The notes below the pieces were generated by a model that saw only the letters and a program-made list of their open reading frames with translations, searched no databases and was not told where the DNA came from. From NCBI GenBank assembly GCA_977017645.1, contig OZ360223.1, forward strand, positions 47,368,001 through 47,432,000: a stretch of DNA of 64,000 bases. Reading direction: 5' to 3'. This stretch comes from Torpedo marmorata. Lineage: Eukaryota. A program made the translations under genes and the position numbers. Position 1 is the stretch's first letter. Each line of letters starts with the position of its first letter. This document shows, piece by piece, positions 63,363 to 64,000 of this stretch.

Positions 63363-64000
63363 TTTTTTTTAAAAAATATTTTATTTAAATTTTTAAATCA
63401 CAGATTACATAAAATAATTTTGCATATAATTCTTAAAAAATACATGTGATTACATTTTCTCCCCCCCCTTCCCACCCTCCCCTCCCTAGCCCCTATATCC
63501 CCTATTCTAAATTTTAAAGTAAAATAATAAAAAGAAGAAAAAGAAAAAGAAAAGATAGAAAAATAGAGTGAGGAGTCAATAAACTTAAAAACTAATATAC
63601 CTTAGAGGTTATTTCGCCGGCGGATCTGATATCCAGAGAATTTACAATGTTAAACCCATAATCCTCATATATGGCCCCCAAATTTTCAAAAAAGAATGAT
63701 ATTTATTTCGTAAATTATAAGTAATTTTTTCTAATGGTATACATGACCATAACTCTGCATGCCATCTCTCTAGATTTAAATCAACATCCGATTTCCAAGT
63801 AATAGCTATACACTTTTTCAAAACTGCTAATACTATACGTAAAAATTCTACTTGATACATATTTAATCTATTTCTGATACTAAATTTTTTAATATCTCCA
63901 AATAAAAATAACATAGGATCCATTATAACTTCAACATTAAAAATTCTTTAAAAAATTCTTAACTTTCAACCAAAAATCTTGAATTTTTGGACATGACCAT
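63363..64000 (-). mobile_element. Third L1-clade LINE 3' end nested in the second L1 (runs off window)
   Basis: T-run, 3' UTR and ORF2 C-terminus (KKCIAITWKS...LEKITYNLRNK...KIWGPY) paralogous to 58714-59350. Confidence 0.9.

Noticed and set aside
50520-64000. Next CADPS exons (PHVDKGE microexon, AFAWWSDL exon)
   Set aside because: Not found by eye; presumably downstream of the window, though a tiny exon could have been missed

Overview
Eukaryotic, AT-rich vertebrate DNA, very probably from an elasmobranch (shark or ray), judged from the HE1/V-SINE, CR1, Rex1/Babar-like and Penelope repeat content. The whole window lies inside the CADPS (CAPS1, Ca2+-dependent secretion activator) gene on the + strand. 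Seven core exons run from the end of the PH domain to 'NEEHHAE'. Frame-preserving alternative exons lie between them: microexons of 12, 18 and 9 nt and cassettes of 171 and 69 nt that I recognise from vertebrate CADPS isoforms, plus two further candidate cassette exons (45 and 102 nt) inferred only from splice signals. Introns carry many retroelements. The most notable are a young ~1.14 kb Penelope-like insertion built as a near-perfect inverted repeat with a minimal hammerhead ribozyme motif in each arm, and a 106-bp miniature insertion of the same family. The last ~10 kb is a nested stack: a CR1 is interrupted by an L1 with intact ORF1 and deleted ORF2, which is interrupted by an inverted L1, which in turn carries a near-intact DD35D pogo/Passer DNA transposon and a third L1. 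All homology calls are from recalled protein motifs, not database searches.
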